The position numbers and the translations under genes were made by a program. Below, one piece after another: positions 49,210-58,898 of a stretch of DNA of 59,858 nucleotides. Origin of the DNA: Pseudobdellovibrionaceae bacterium (GTDB lineage Bacteria > Bdellovibrionota > Bdellovibrionia > Bdellovibrionales > UBA1609); the NCBI GenBank assembly GCA_030591685.1, contig JAUVAX010000013.1:1-59858 (forward strand), written 5' to 3'. Below the pieces are notes generated by a model, which did not search any database, was not told the origin of the DNA, and saw only the letters and a list, made by a program, of their open reading frames with translations. The first letter of the stretch is position 1; each line of letters starts with the position of its first letter.

Positions 49210-50100
49210 TTATTTTGTTAAAAGCCCCTCTAAATTTTTTTTCATAAACTCAGGCATGGCAAAAGCCGCTCTGTGGGTTTCTATATTATAATACCCAAAG
49301 CTCAGTTCAGACTCACTGACCCGGGCTTCGTTAAAGTCATTTATTGGGTGAAGCCCCTTTGATGCAAAAGAAAAGGACCAAAGCCCTCCGGGATAGGTGA
49401 GGTTATGAAAATTATAAAAGGTCGCAAAAGAGAACTGGCTTTTAAGAATATTTAATAAAGATCGTTGTGCAGCGACTTCATAAAATGGTGACTCCCCTTG
49501 AGAAACAACGATCCCATTTTCAGTTAATAGTTGACTTAATTCACCGTAAAACTCTTTACTAAAAAGGGGCTGAGCGGGCCCGATGGGGTCTGTTGAGTCA
49601 ACTAATATAACATCAAATTTTTGCTCCTGGTTGTCAGAAACCCACTTTACAGCATCGGCTATGATGAGTGTTAATTTGGGGTGATTAAAAACACAGGCTG
49701 TTTTTTGTATGTGTTTTTTACAGGCATCTACGACAACATTATCAATTTCAACCATGACACACTCTTCGACATTTTGGTGTCTTAATACCTCACGCGCAGT
49801 CCCTCCATCGCCGCCGCCAATGACTAAAACCCTCTTAGGGTTAGGGTGAACAAACAAGGGCACATGGGCAATCATATCGTGGTAAATAAACTCATCTCGC
49901 TCAGACACCATGGCAAGGCCATCATTAAATAGCATCTTGCCGTGTCCGTAAGTTTCGATCACATCTACAGTTTGAAAATCACTTTTTTTAGAAAAAAGAG
50001 ACTCTTTTATGCGATACCTCATGCCGTAGAAGCCTCTGAGTTTTTCTTCAAACCAAGTTTCATTGGATTTATCGAGGGGGAGTTCGTAATTTTTGCTCAC
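49210..50100 (-). CDS. speE: polyamine aminopropyltransferase (spermidine synthase)
   Basis: DEFIYHDMIAH, VLVIGGGDGG, VEID, DSTDPIGP, YPGGLW; GTG 50100 follows an AAGGA RBS. Confidence 0.95.
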   Translation of the reverse strand: MSKNYELPLDKSNETWFEEKLRGFYGMRYRIKESLFSKKSDFQTVDVIETYGHGKMLFNDGLAMVSERDEFIYHDMIAHVPLFVHPNPKRVLVIGGGDGGTAREVLRHQNVEECVMVEIDNVVVDACKKHIQKTACVFNHPKLTLIIADAVKWVSDNQEQKFDVILVDSTDPIGPAQPLFSKEFYGELSQLLTENGIVVSQGESPFYEVAAQRSLLNILKSQFSFATFYNFHNLTYPGGLWSFSFASKGLHPINDFNEARVSESELSFGYYNIETHRAAFAMPEFMKKNLEGLLTK

Positions 50101-50110
50101 TGTAGTTTCC

Positions 50111-51064
50111 TTATAATTGTTTAGCTGTTTTTGAATTTTTAATATTGAGAGATCTAAGGGCCTCACCGTTTGACTGCTTAAAGTGGCAATGGTTGACGGT
50201 GTAGCCACAGCTTAAATTGACCTTTGTGGCCTCTTTTAAGTCAAAGCCTGGGACATCTATAAACTCTTGAGCGCAGGCTCTAAAAATAACAACATCAAAA
50301 GATTTTGGTTTAAAAATATCTACTATTTTTTTAAGTACTGGGGAGTAGTTTTGATCAATTTTTGTGTTGGTCTCAAAGCTTACATAAGAGCTGCTGTCTT
50401 GAGGGGTTACGTGCACTGTATAGTAGTCACGGCCCTTAACAGCATTTAACGAGTACCCACAGGGGTCAAAAACATGATCATCAATAATAAACCCAGGTAA
50501 AACTTCACTAAACTCTAAGGCCTTTTGTATTTGCTGAGTTGAGCACAGGGGTTGATTAAAAATTTTTCGGGCCTCGCCCTGTAAACCATACATTAGTATT
50601 TCTAAAGTCACATCTTCAGGAGGAGGGGAGTAGGGTTTATTGGAGTGAAACAGATAAAGGTGGTGAGCCTCTTCTTCACCAAAACAATAGGTGTCGCCAG
50701 AGATATAGGTCTCTAATAATTTTACATCGTCGAAAAAATGAGTTTTTTGTTTTTCGGGGAAGTACTCGTTTTTTCGCTCATAGGTTAAAAACTCAACGGA
50801 GTCTTTGCCTAACTGATCTAAGCAGTGAGCCACGGCTGATGCCAAAGTGGTCTCACCACAGGTGATCATAGTGAATCGATGATCCCAGACAAATAAACTC
50901 GACTCAGATAACAAATATAAATCACATTGCGAGGATGAAATTTTTGATAGTATTTGCGCCTTCGAAGCTTTAACAACGCCAGCCCAAAACTCTGGCCCCA
51001 GGCTTCGCAAATTTACACCTGAGACAACGACTTCTACTTTTTTCTCTGAACCTTCAAAATTCAA
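50111..51064 (-). CDS. speD: S-adenosylmethionine decarboxylase proenzyme, eukaryotic (class 2) type
   Basis: FEGSEK, YLLSE|SSLFV, TCG.TT, TLEILM, FDPCGYS.N, HVTPQ..SSYVSFET; TTG 51064 follows AAGGA. Confidence 0.9.
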   Translation of the reverse strand: MNFEGSEKKVEVVVSGVNLRSLGPEFWAGVVKASKAQILSKISSSQCDLYLLSESSLFVWDHRFTMITCGETTLASAVAHCLDQLGKDSVEFLTYERKNEYFPEKQKTHFFDDVKLLETYISGDTYCFGEEEAHHLYLFHSNKPYSPPPEDVTLEILMYGLQGEARKIFNQPLCSTQQIQKALEFSEVLPGFIIDDHVFDPCGYSLNAVKGRDYYTVHVTPQDSSSYVSFETNTKIDQNYSPVLKKIVDIFKPKSFDVVIFRACAQEFIDVPGFDLKEATKVNLSCGYTVNHCHFKQSNGEALRSLNIKNSKTAKQL

Positions 51065-51358
51065 TGTTGGAACTTCCTTTAAAAAATGTACTCCAAATTT
51101 TTGAGTCACCTGAATGGTCTTGCTAGCTAAAAAAACAAGAAAAATCAACCACTTCCTGAGTTCAGGTGAGGTTTTTTAACGACCTACATGGAGACTCTGT
51201 AGGAGGGCACATGGGTCCGAGGGCCTGTAAATTTCAAAGCACTGGGTCAAAATAGGATTTCTCGATTTAAGTGATATAACAGGCTAAAGGTCTAGATTTA
51301 ATTAACATTTTAGAGAATATAACCGAAATACTCATAGTAATGAAAGTTGGATTTAGAT

Positions 51359-51820
51359 ATGCGCGTGTTTAAAAGGTTAGCTGTTATTGTATCTACTTTA
51401 GCAATAACATCATTTGCATCAAACCAGGCCAATCGTGAGCAAGTGCTTACGAGTGAGAGTGAGGCCTTCCATAAGCTCGGCATGAAACTTTATCAGCAGG
51501 GCTGCGGCACAGAGGTGCATTTAGGGGTCGTTACGGACCCCGCAAAGTGCTTAGCAGCAATAGTACAGCTCACCGAGGCTACCATTTTAAACCCCACCCT
51601 TGTGAGTGCCAACCTTAAGCTCTCAAAGCTTTATTACTATCAGCCTTCGCAGTTGGGCTGGGGGCTACGCTCTAAAAATAAATTAAATCGATTTAAACTA
51701 ATTAGTTATAGATATGCCATAAATGCTTTAGAGTATGCGCCTAATAATGAAGAGGCCCAAAGCATGCTAGAGCTTCATAAAACTCGTCGCCCAGCCCAGG
51801 TGCAGACGATTAAAAAATAA
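51359..51820 (+). CDS. secreted hypothetical protein, TPR-like
   Basis: Signal peptide; 'ATILNP' and 'ALEYAPNNEEA' TPR-like segments. Confidence 0.6.
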   Translation: MRVFKRLAVIVSTLAITSFASNQANREQVLTSESEAFHKLGMKLYQQGCGTEVHLGVVTDPAKCLAAIVQLTEATILNPTLVSANLKLSKLYYYQPSQLGWGLRSKNKLNRFKLISYRYAINALEYAPNNEEAQSMLELHKTRRPAQVQTIKK

Positions 51821-51935
51821 AAGCACAACTCACCTAAGTCCTATAGATAAATGTCTAACTTAATGAATTAAAATTGTATATCTATGCTTATTTTGACAAA
51901 ATTTTATGTATTAAACATCGCTGAGGAGCATATAT

Positions 51936-52718
51936 ATGAAAGCATTAGGGGTACTTACTTTATTCGTCATTTTATCCTTGAACGTGCAGGCCCAAGATTT
52001 AGGGTTTGACGCTCTTTCTCAAGCTGAGGTCGATGCTATTACAAAGGATTTTTCAGCTATGTTTATGCATACCTCTGTGGGGCCCGCATCGAGTTTAGGT
52101 GAGGTTTTTGGTGTAGAACTAGGGCTCTATGCAGGGCTTGTTAAAACCCCTAATATCGAGACTCTTACGACGGGTACTGATGCTATAGATCAGCTCCCTC
52201 ATTTAGGCCTACTATTTGGGATGTCCTTCCCCATGGGGATTTCTGGTGAGTTAAACTACCTCCCTTCATTTGATCAAAGTGGGACTAAGTTTAGCCTTAC
52301 AAGCTTAGGGGGTAAATGGACACTGCCCGATGATATGAACCCCTTACCAATGACTTTTGCAGTGAGAGCTTTTTATACAAAACTAAACATCGAGTTTTCG
52401 GCGCCTACAGCAGGTGGTACGGCAGCCTTTAAATTTGATAATAGCATAACAGGGTTGCAGGCTCTTATTTCTCAGAAGTTTGCTATCTTTGAACCCTATT
52501 TTGGTTTAGGCTATGTCTCTGGTAGCTTAGGGTTAGATGTGACAGGGTCCAGCACGGTACTTCCGTTTACAGTGACTCAATCGGCCTCTTCTAGCCCCTC
52601 GGCGATTCAATATTTTTTAGGGGCCGAGATGGAAGTGTTGTTTTTTGCAGTAGGTTTAGAGTTCAACCATACCTTTGACTCAGACCGTATCACTCTAAAA
52701 TCAACATTTAGGTTTTAA
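51936..52718 (+). CDS. outer-membrane beta-barrel protein (DUF6588-like)
   Basis: Signal peptide VQA, EPYFGLG, C-terminal FRF; GAGGAG RBS. Confidence 0.7.
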   Translation: MKALGVLTLFVILSLNVQAQDLGFDALSQAEVDAITKDFSAMFMHTSVGPASSLGEVFGVELGLYAGLVKTPNIETLTTGTDAIDQLPHLGLLFGMSFPMGISGELNYLPSFDQSGTKFSLTSLGGKWTLPDDMNPLPMTFAVRAFYTKLNIEFSAPTAGGTAAFKFDNSITGLQALISQKFAIFEPYFGLGYVSGSLGLDVTGSSTVLPFTVTQSASSSPSAIQYFLGAEMEVLFFAVGLEFNHTFDSDRITLKSTFRF

Positions 52719-52920
52719 GAAATTTTAAATGTTAATATAATTGAACCCTTCTTGATCAATGCTTTATGGGCTCAGAGCAATAGGCCTATGTTGAGAACAT
52801 AGGTTTGTCGCACAAAAAAGCCTTTTTTTTGTGTGTGAAAATAAATTTTTTAGATAAGACTTAAGAAGAACAAAAGAGCTTTTTACTATTCATGGATAGA
52901 TCTTGCGACTTTAAATGGAT

Positions 52921-53403
52921 TCACTGCTTACTTTTTTTTAACGAAGACAGCTGTCTGTGTTGCGATTGGGATTTAATAAGTTGAGCTAAAAATCGGGGTT
53001 CTCCATGGATTCGTGCAAAATCAAAACTACTGTACCCTGTTTCATTTTTTATAGCCGGATCGGCATTATGAGTAAGTAGGAGTTCTATGATCTCCTCATG
53101 CCCGTTGAGTGCTGCTCCCATTAGGGCTGTGTCTTTGTTGTGGTCTTGTGAATTGGGATCCATGCCGAGCTTGAGGTACTTTTTAACAGTAGATAGGTCA
53201 CCACTTTCAGCAGAATAAACAAAATTGGCAACATGTAAAAGAGTAAAAGTCGTTTTTTTATCGGGAAGCTCGCCTGTTGTGGTGACAAATGTAATCGACC
53301 CCTCTTCAGGTTGCCTCTCGACTAAGTGATAGGCGCTAAAAGTCAGGGCAACGGTAAAAAAAGTTAAAATTAGCATAAATTTGATTTGACGGTTTGATTT
53401 CAT
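52921..53403 (-). CDS. membrane-anchored ankyrin-repeat protein
   Basis: AESGDLSTVKKYL..GMDPN, TALMGAALNGHEEIIELLL..NADP. Confidence 0.88.
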   Translation of the reverse strand: MKSNRQIKFMLILTFFTVALTFSAYHLVERQPEEGSITFVTTTGELPDKKTTFTLLHVANFVYSAESGDLSTVKKYLKLGMDPNSQDHNKDTALMGAALNGHEEIIELLLTHNADPAIKNETGYSSFDFARIHGEPRFLAQLIKSQSQHRQLSSLKKSKQ

Positions 53404-53448
53404 AATTACGAGCTCACCTGTTCATTAAATTAAGTATGTTATGTAGAT

Positions 53449-53475
53449 ATATCGGCTTAAGTCTTGCTGGACTAA
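53449..53475 (-). promoter_or_regulatory. putative sigma-28 (FliA) promoter
   Basis: TTAG-N15-GCCGATAT upstream of the ankyrin gene. Confidence 0.4.
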
Positions 53476-53663
53476 AATATGAAACCATCTAAAAACAGCT
53501 CAATAGTGGTGTCTTAAAATGAGATATCTATGAGCTTAGATTTCTTGTTATACATATAACTAGGGGCTCAAAAGGTAATTAGAAATGGACAGGATTGGTT
53601 ATCAAGTGGAGCGCATATTTAATGCTACTCTCGCCATTAGGGTGTTCTCATTTGAATTGTCCG

Positions 53664-53679
53664 TGGCATGTGATTGGCT
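53664..53679 (+). promoter_or_regulatory. possible sigma-54 promoter for lemA
   Basis: TGGCATGTGATTGGCT matches GG-N10-GC. Confidence 0.3.
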
Positions 53680-53748
53680 AGATTGAGACACCTTCTTGCT
53701 ATTAGCAATATAATCCTCTAACCTTTCATACAGAGTGGAGAAGAAAAA

Positions 53749-54519
53749 ATGAGCAAGACCTTTTATAAAATCACAATGATATTAAGTTTTATTTTCATGT
53801 TTTTTTTAGTGATGTCATTTTTTGGTTCTCTAATGCCTAAAAACATAATGAAGCCAGAGGTTGGCAATATGTCGAAATTTTTTAGTCTACCGCTTTTTTC
53901 TTTCGTTTTTTTATCGTTAGCCAGCTACTGTCTGAAAAAAATTAGTGATGGAGCCAGTAAAACACCCACCTCTATAATCGCTGTGGTTAGTGTTTTTATG
54001 TTCTTTGGCTCGATTGTTTCTGAGTTTGGTCAAACTTATAACTACTTTGTGCAAACTAATGAGGAACTCAATAAGTCTGTAGATGACATCTCTCTACTTT
54101 ATCAAAAGAAAGCGAACTTGGTTGGCAATGTAGGGGATACCAAAAAATCATACACTAAATATGAAAGAGACATCATTGATAGGATTTTGCAGTCCAGAAA
54201 ACATCTTTTAAAGGCTACTGCAATTCACGATAAAATAGCTTCTATAGAAAAGCTAGATAAAGTGATGAATCAAAGCCTTATAAATATTGAAAATTACCCT
54301 AACCTAAAAGCTTAAAAACTATCTGTAGAGATGACATCCACCTATAAGGCATCTGAAAATGAAATAACATCAGCCAAGCTTAGGTATAACAGAAAAATTG
54401 CTGCGTACAATAAGCGTGTAAAATCCTTTCCTTATGTCCTTATGTCCTTATGTCCTTATGTCCTTGTGGCCAGATCATTGGGTGTCACAGAGAGGCCTTA
54501 TTTCTCGAAGGGAAATTAA
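53749..54519 (+). pseudogene. lemA: LemA-family gene with extra N-terminal TMs, interrupted by in-frame TAA at 54313-54315
   Basis: IENYPNLKA*KLSVEM...SENEITSAKLRYNRKIAAYNKRVKSFP is one continuous LemA pattern in a single frame. Confidence 0.8.
54429..54465 (+). repeat. 8-bp tandem repeat (TCCTTATG)x4 plus a partial copy
   Basis: tccttatg x4 followed by tcctt, within the 3' end of lemA. Confidence 0.95.
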
Positions 54520-54671
54520 CCGATCCCTGGTCGCAAATAGGCCTCTGAGGCCTTTAGAAGTAGAGAATTATTACAAAGCTTCACCCTAAAGGGGTGTTGT
54601 GGTGAAGGGGTATGTACTTGATCGCACATTAATGATAGCTTTCGGGGGCGCAAAAAAAAAGGAGCCATGGT

Positions 54672-54875
54672 TTGGAAACAAGACTCGTAAATTTAGAAAC
54701 TAAATTATCTTTTCAAGAAGAGACTATATCACAGCTCAATGAGGTTGTTATCACTCAACAACGAACAATTGATGAATTATCGTATAAAATTGAAAAGCTA
54801 AGTAAGACGATAAATACTCTTAGAGATTCAGGGGTGATTGATATAAGCCTTGAGACCCCACCACCTCATTACTAG
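54672..54875 (+). CDS. slyX: SlyX family protein
   Basis: RLVNLETKLSFQEETISQLNEVV..QQ; C-terminal ETPPPHY. Confidence 0.93.
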   Translation: METRLVNLETKLSFQEETISQLNEVVITQQRTIDELSYKIEKLSKTINTLRDSGVIDISLETPPPHY

Positions 54876-55165
54876 TTTAAGTAAATAATATAAAGCCGGT
54901 ACAAAGACGTTGAGTTAGCTGTACCGAGTACTCATGCCGCCACTAGAAACATTAATTAATGATCAGAACTACAAAGTATTGCGTAATTCTTGTTATATTC
55001 AAAAAAATTATAGAAATTATGAACGACGGTTATTAAAAAACCATTATTTTTTAAATCGCGGCAGTTTTGACTCAATTCTCTCAGCATTACGCAATGTCCC
55101 TTGTTGATATTGGTTCGACATGCTCCTGTTAAGTAAAAATATTTTGTCATAGGAGGTTAGGTAAT

Positions 55166-55609
55166 ATGAAATATTTTATCATGATGATTATGTTTTTTTC
55201 ACTCGCAGTACAAGCAGCTAATAATTGTAAAGTTGTTGGTTTTCCATTTAATCCAGACAACTATGAAGATGAGGTTTGGCTAACTACTGCCTTGCTTCTA
55301 AGTGAAATGAAAACCGATAGTGTGCGAAATTATTTAGAATCCAAGGGGTTTGAGGTTCAGTCAATGATGCAAAGTGAGCCTATTAATGCTGATCTGGGAG
55401 TTGATTATCATAAAGAAAGCTGCCGGCCCTACAAAGGAAACTTGAAATGTGAAGTAACAGCTCGAATTTTCCAATGGAACGATCTAGCGATCGGAAAAGT
55501 TATTTGGGAAAAAACTGGTAGAAGTAAATGTACTAATATCACTACAGTTGAGAAATGTTCTAGTCATGCTTTTGCCGAAGCCGTTTCTTCTCTTCCTGAT
55601 TGTGGTTAA
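55166..55609 (+). CDS. secreted Cys-rich hypothetical protein
   Basis: AGGAGG RBS, signal peptide AVQA, six Cys. Confidence 0.7.
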   Translation: MKYFIMMIMFFSLAVQAANNCKVVGFPFNPDNYEDEVWLTTALLLSEMKTDSVRNYLESKGFEVQSMMQSEPINADLGVDYHKESCRPYKGNLKCEVTARIFQWNDLAIGKVIWEKTGRSKCTNITTVEKCSSHAFAEAVSSLPDCG

Positions 55610-55759
55610 GATTTAGTACTTATAACACTAGGTTTTCGACCAGCCCAAGAATGAAAAAACGTTGAATTTTTATATAAAAAGCAAGAGCCAAAACCAGCCC
55701 TTGCTTTTTTGTGTCCGGCTTAAAAGTCATTTCTTATCGAGCAAAAAAAACAAATTTTT

Positions 55760-56002
55760 TTAGAATCTCACAACTGGAACAGGGAGTGGTGGAATACTGC
55801 CCTCTTCATCGACTTCAGTTGATTTTGGCTCTAGAGGTTCAATCAATTCAGTGTTAATTTCATTATCAAGATTTCTTTCAACCCCTTTGGTTTTCTCTTC
55901 CTCCCACTGTCTTATCTCTAGGGCAACGCTGCCTTGGCTACAATTGGACAGTTCTGCTATTTTTCTATAGGTTAAGGCTTTAGAACGAAGACGACGAATC
56001 AC
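55760..56002 (-). CDS. small HTH protein, possibly a C-terminal remnant of a resolvase-type protein
   Basis: 'IRRLRSKALTYRKIAELSNCSQGSVALEI' HTH; in-frame TAA immediately upstream. Confidence 0.4.
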   Translation of the reverse strand: MIRRLRSKALTYRKIAELSNCSQGSVALEIRQWEEEKTKGVERNLDNEINTELIEPLEPKSTEVDEEGSIPPLPVPVVRF

Positions 56003-56009
56003 TTATCTC

Positions 56010-56912
56010 TTAAGACTCAAAAATAAGTGGCAGAGTGATTTTATAAGCAGTGTCGTTTTTAGGGTAACTCAGTTGTTCAAACCCGAGTTTGATTTTGTTT
56101 TCGATAACGAGGTCTTCAGGGGTGTAGTTTCGACTGACTAAGTTATTGGTTTTAATTTTAATGCCACTCAGTTCTCCTGAGGGCAGAAGCTCTAAGCTAA
56201 AAACAATGACCCCTGTGATATCGGGGAGGGGTTCAAGGGGGGCTAAGATAGACCCTAAGGACTCATCTAAAAAGGCCTCTATTTTTTTGTTATCTTTAAA
56301 ACCTAAAACAATGGGCTTTGGATTTGTAAACCAACCGTGGATAACGAGGCGTGATTTTTTTGGGTCCCGACTGCCCTTAACCTCTTCAACGCCGTGTGGG
56401 AGTCTGGGGTCAAAAATGGTGAGCTGGTTAAATTTTGGCGGTATGAGCTCAATGAGGTCATTTTTCTCCATGCCTCGTGAAGAGTCAAAGTTTCTCCAGT
56501 ACTCAAGCACCTGGGGTTTTAGTATTTTTGTTTCGCCCCCGGTAAACTGTCTGTTGTCCCAGTCGGTCAGTGAGTAAACAAAGGCCCATGGGCCGTGGGG
56601 GACATCGGCATGCCACTGTTGGTAACAGCCATCAACATAGTAGCTTAGCCAAGGGGGAGAAACATCAAAGCAACCCAAGTTTTCACGCCCCCAGTTTGTG
56701 AGGTGCTCATGAAATTTTGTATATATATCCTCAGGAAAATAATGGTAGGCCGGTGTGCGCATAAGGCTGTACTGACCCTCAACATTCCAGTAATCCCAAA
56801 CAAAGCGGTCTTCAGTGGCCTGAAGTGGGTCATTAAAACATTTATCAAAGTGGGCGCGTAGGTCGCCTGCATGTTCAAAAAAATGCTCTTTTTTTTCAAA
56901 ATAGGTACTCAT
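56010..56912 (-). CDS. 2OG-Fe(II) oxygenase (prolyl-hydroxylase-like)
   Basis: HxD (WHADV), FTGGET, distal His (PHGV), 2OG-binding Arg (SRLVIHGWF). Confidence 0.85.
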   Translation of the reverse strand: MSTYFEKKEHFFEHAGDLRAHFDKCFNDPLQATEDRFVWDYWNVEGQYSLMRTPAYHYFPEDIYTKFHEHLTNWGRENLGCFDVSPPWLSYYVDGCYQQWHADVPHGPWAFVYSLTDWDNRQFTGGETKILKPQVLEYWRNFDSSRGMEKNDLIELIPPKFNQLTIFDPRLPHGVEEVKGSRDPKKSRLVIHGWFTNPKPIVLGFKDNKKIEAFLDESLGSILAPLEPLPDITGVIVFSLELLPSGELSGIKIKTNNLVSRNYTPEDLVIENKIKLGFEQLSYPKNDTAYKITLPLIFES

Positions 56913-56965
56913 AAAAGGCCTTTATAAAAAATTATTTTATAAGTATTTACATAATTTATTAAATT

Positions 56966-57823
56966 GTGCCAGTATTAGTTATGGAACCTCAGCTAACACC
57001 GTTGAATTACCGATCTTTTGTAAAAAAAATATATTTTTACACCCTTATTTTGTTATTTATCTCTGAGCTCATAGTAATTCGATTAAATATTTTTGAAATT
57101 ATTGAAGGCACTTTGATAGAGGGCCTTTTTAAACTCCTAGTGGTCTCAGGAGTGATCGTTTCGATTTATTTTAGAATATGGTTTTTTATTCGCCCCCGTG
57201 TGAACTCTCAGTACTTTATTAAAGATGATGGGGTTTTAATATGTTTTAAAAAAAATAAAAAGCTATTGTTGCTGGATCAAATTAGTGAGGTTCAGTTAAC
57301 TCGACTGCCGCCGCGTTTGGGGGGTGGTTTTTGGGTGCGTCTTGTGACGGGGCAAAAGTTTACTTTTTCAACACTCTTAACCGGTTCTGATCAAATATTT
57401 AAAAAAATATACGACTCTAAGCCAGAGTTAATCCCCCTAGTTAAATACGAACGCTACATGAGTTCAGTAAAGTGGTTGCCACTGTCGTGGGCTCGATTGC
57501 AGTTAAAAATACAAAATTGGCGTATATGGGGTAGTCAGTTGATTTTAGCACCCCTATTGATGAGCCTTGTATTTAAGGGGACCTATGAAAACAGCCATAT
57601 TTTGACCCTCCTAACAGTTAGTTTTGCACTGTGTCTCATTTTGATCCTATTTATTGGTCTGCTTGAGCATCATATTTTTATTTTCTTAGCTGAAAAAAAA
57701 CAACTCTCTACCCTGAACAGCTCTATTGAAAGAGGGCTTCAGTGGGGGGCCATAGGCCTGTTTGTAGTCTTTTTTATACTTATCTCTCTAGGGGGAAAGG
57801 TAATTGAAAGTTACTTTCATTAA
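56966..57823 (+). CDS. hypothetical integral membrane protein
   Basis: Multiple TM helices flanking a soluble domain. Confidence 0.6.
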   Translation: MPVLVMEPQLTPLNYRSFVKKIYFYTLILLFISELIVIRLNIFEIIEGTLIEGLFKLLVVSGVIVSIYFRIWFFIRPRVNSQYFIKDDGVLICFKKNKKLLLLDQISEVQLTRLPPRLGGGFWVRLVTGQKFTFSTLLTGSDQIFKKIYDSKPELIPLVKYERYMSSVKWLPLSWARLQLKIQNWRIWGSQLILAPLLMSLVFKGTYENSHILTLLTVSFALCLILILFIGLLEHHIFIFLAEKKQLSTLNSSIERGLQWGAIGLFVVFFILISLGGKVIESYFH

Positions 57824-57906
57824 GGCCTGTTCGCTTATAAATTCATTTATAAGCTGTGACATTGCTATGACACAAAGAGCGGCCGATTTTGTTAATATTA
57901 ACTTAT

Positions 57907-58737
57907 ATGGTTTCTTCGTTAGTAGTAGTGCATAAAAAAGGTGATCTGTCGGCATTTGGCCCGTCTTGGTATGAGTGGAAAACCTGTCTTCGACATATTT
58001 TAATTGGTCACAGTCAGTTGCTTGAAAGCGATCGGCTTCAGCTTAAGGGTTGTGATATTTATAAAGATATTGATGCCCTTAGATTTTTAATGGAGGTGGC
58101 GAGTGGTCTTCACTCTCCCATGGTTGCGGAGACAGAGGTTTTTGGTCAGTACCGCAAGTTTATTAACTCAATACCATATACCGATTGCCAGTGGGGAGTT
58201 TGGCTTAAAAACTCTTTAGAGCAAATAAGACTACATGTAAAACGAATTCGTTTTGAACACCTTGTTGGTGTGGGTAGCCAGTCCTATGGTAGCCTTGTTC
58301 GGCGTAAATCAAAAGGCCATTCAAGTGTGAACTTTGTTGGGTCGGGGGCATTGGTGCAAGAAATTTTACCTTGGCTGGCGAAGCACAAGGGCCCAATCAA
58401 TATTTACTGTCGAGACCCTAAAAAAGCTAAGCTTCAGTTGTCAGACTTTAACTTTATTAATATCAAGTGTTTAAAAAGTCTCCCTGACGGGGAGGGGGCT
58501 CTTATTGTATGTGCCCCCCTAAAGTCCTCAGAGCTGGCTGAGGGCTCACATATGGGGCCCTTTAAGAGCATCATTGATCTTCGGGGTGAGTCTCGAAAAG
58601 ACCCCCTTCAAACAGATATTAAGGTGGAGTCTTTAGACGAACTCTTTGAAGAAATTCAAAAAAATAAAGACAGCTCTAGCGTAAAAATTTTAAACGCTCA
58701 AAGTCACATTGCTGCTCTTATACCCTCTTACCTGTAA
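57907..58737 (+). CDS. hemA: short glutamyl-tRNA reductase-like protein
   Basis: TCLR (catalytic Cys), VASGLHSPMVAETEVFGQ, VGSGAL, IDL; upstream of hemC. Confidence 0.75.
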   Translation: MVSSLVVVHKKGDLSAFGPSWYEWKTCLRHILIGHSQLLESDRLQLKGCDIYKDIDALRFLMEVASGLHSPMVAETEVFGQYRKFINSIPYTDCQWGVWLKNSLEQIRLHVKRIRFEHLVGVGSQSYGSLVRRKSKGHSSVNFVGSGALVQEILPWLAKHKGPINIYCRDPKKAKLQLSDFNFINIKCLKSLPDGEGALIVCAPLKSSELAEGSHMGPFKSIIDLRGESRKDPLQTDIKVESLDELFEEIQKNKDSSSVKILNAQSHIAALIPSYL

Positions 58738-58898
58738 TATTGAATTTATTTTACAATGCTAAACTGAAGGCCCACTTGTCGCTCAGCCAACAGTAGAGAA
58801 TTTTTATATTTTTGATGTAAATGGAGCATTAAATCGCCCTTGAGATAATGACTCTGATATATATACGTACTAAGATGCAGCCATATGAGAAAGTCATC

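Noticed and set aside
50101..50208. N-terminal extension of speE overlapping speD
   Set aside because: An RBS-supported GTG at 50100 gives a normal-length SpeE; no evidence for a fusion or frameshift
51201..51255. Plus-strand AGGAGG with 14-aa ORF MGPRACKFQSTGSK
   Set aside because: SD-ATG spacing is only 4 nt, and it is antisense to the speD leader; no other support
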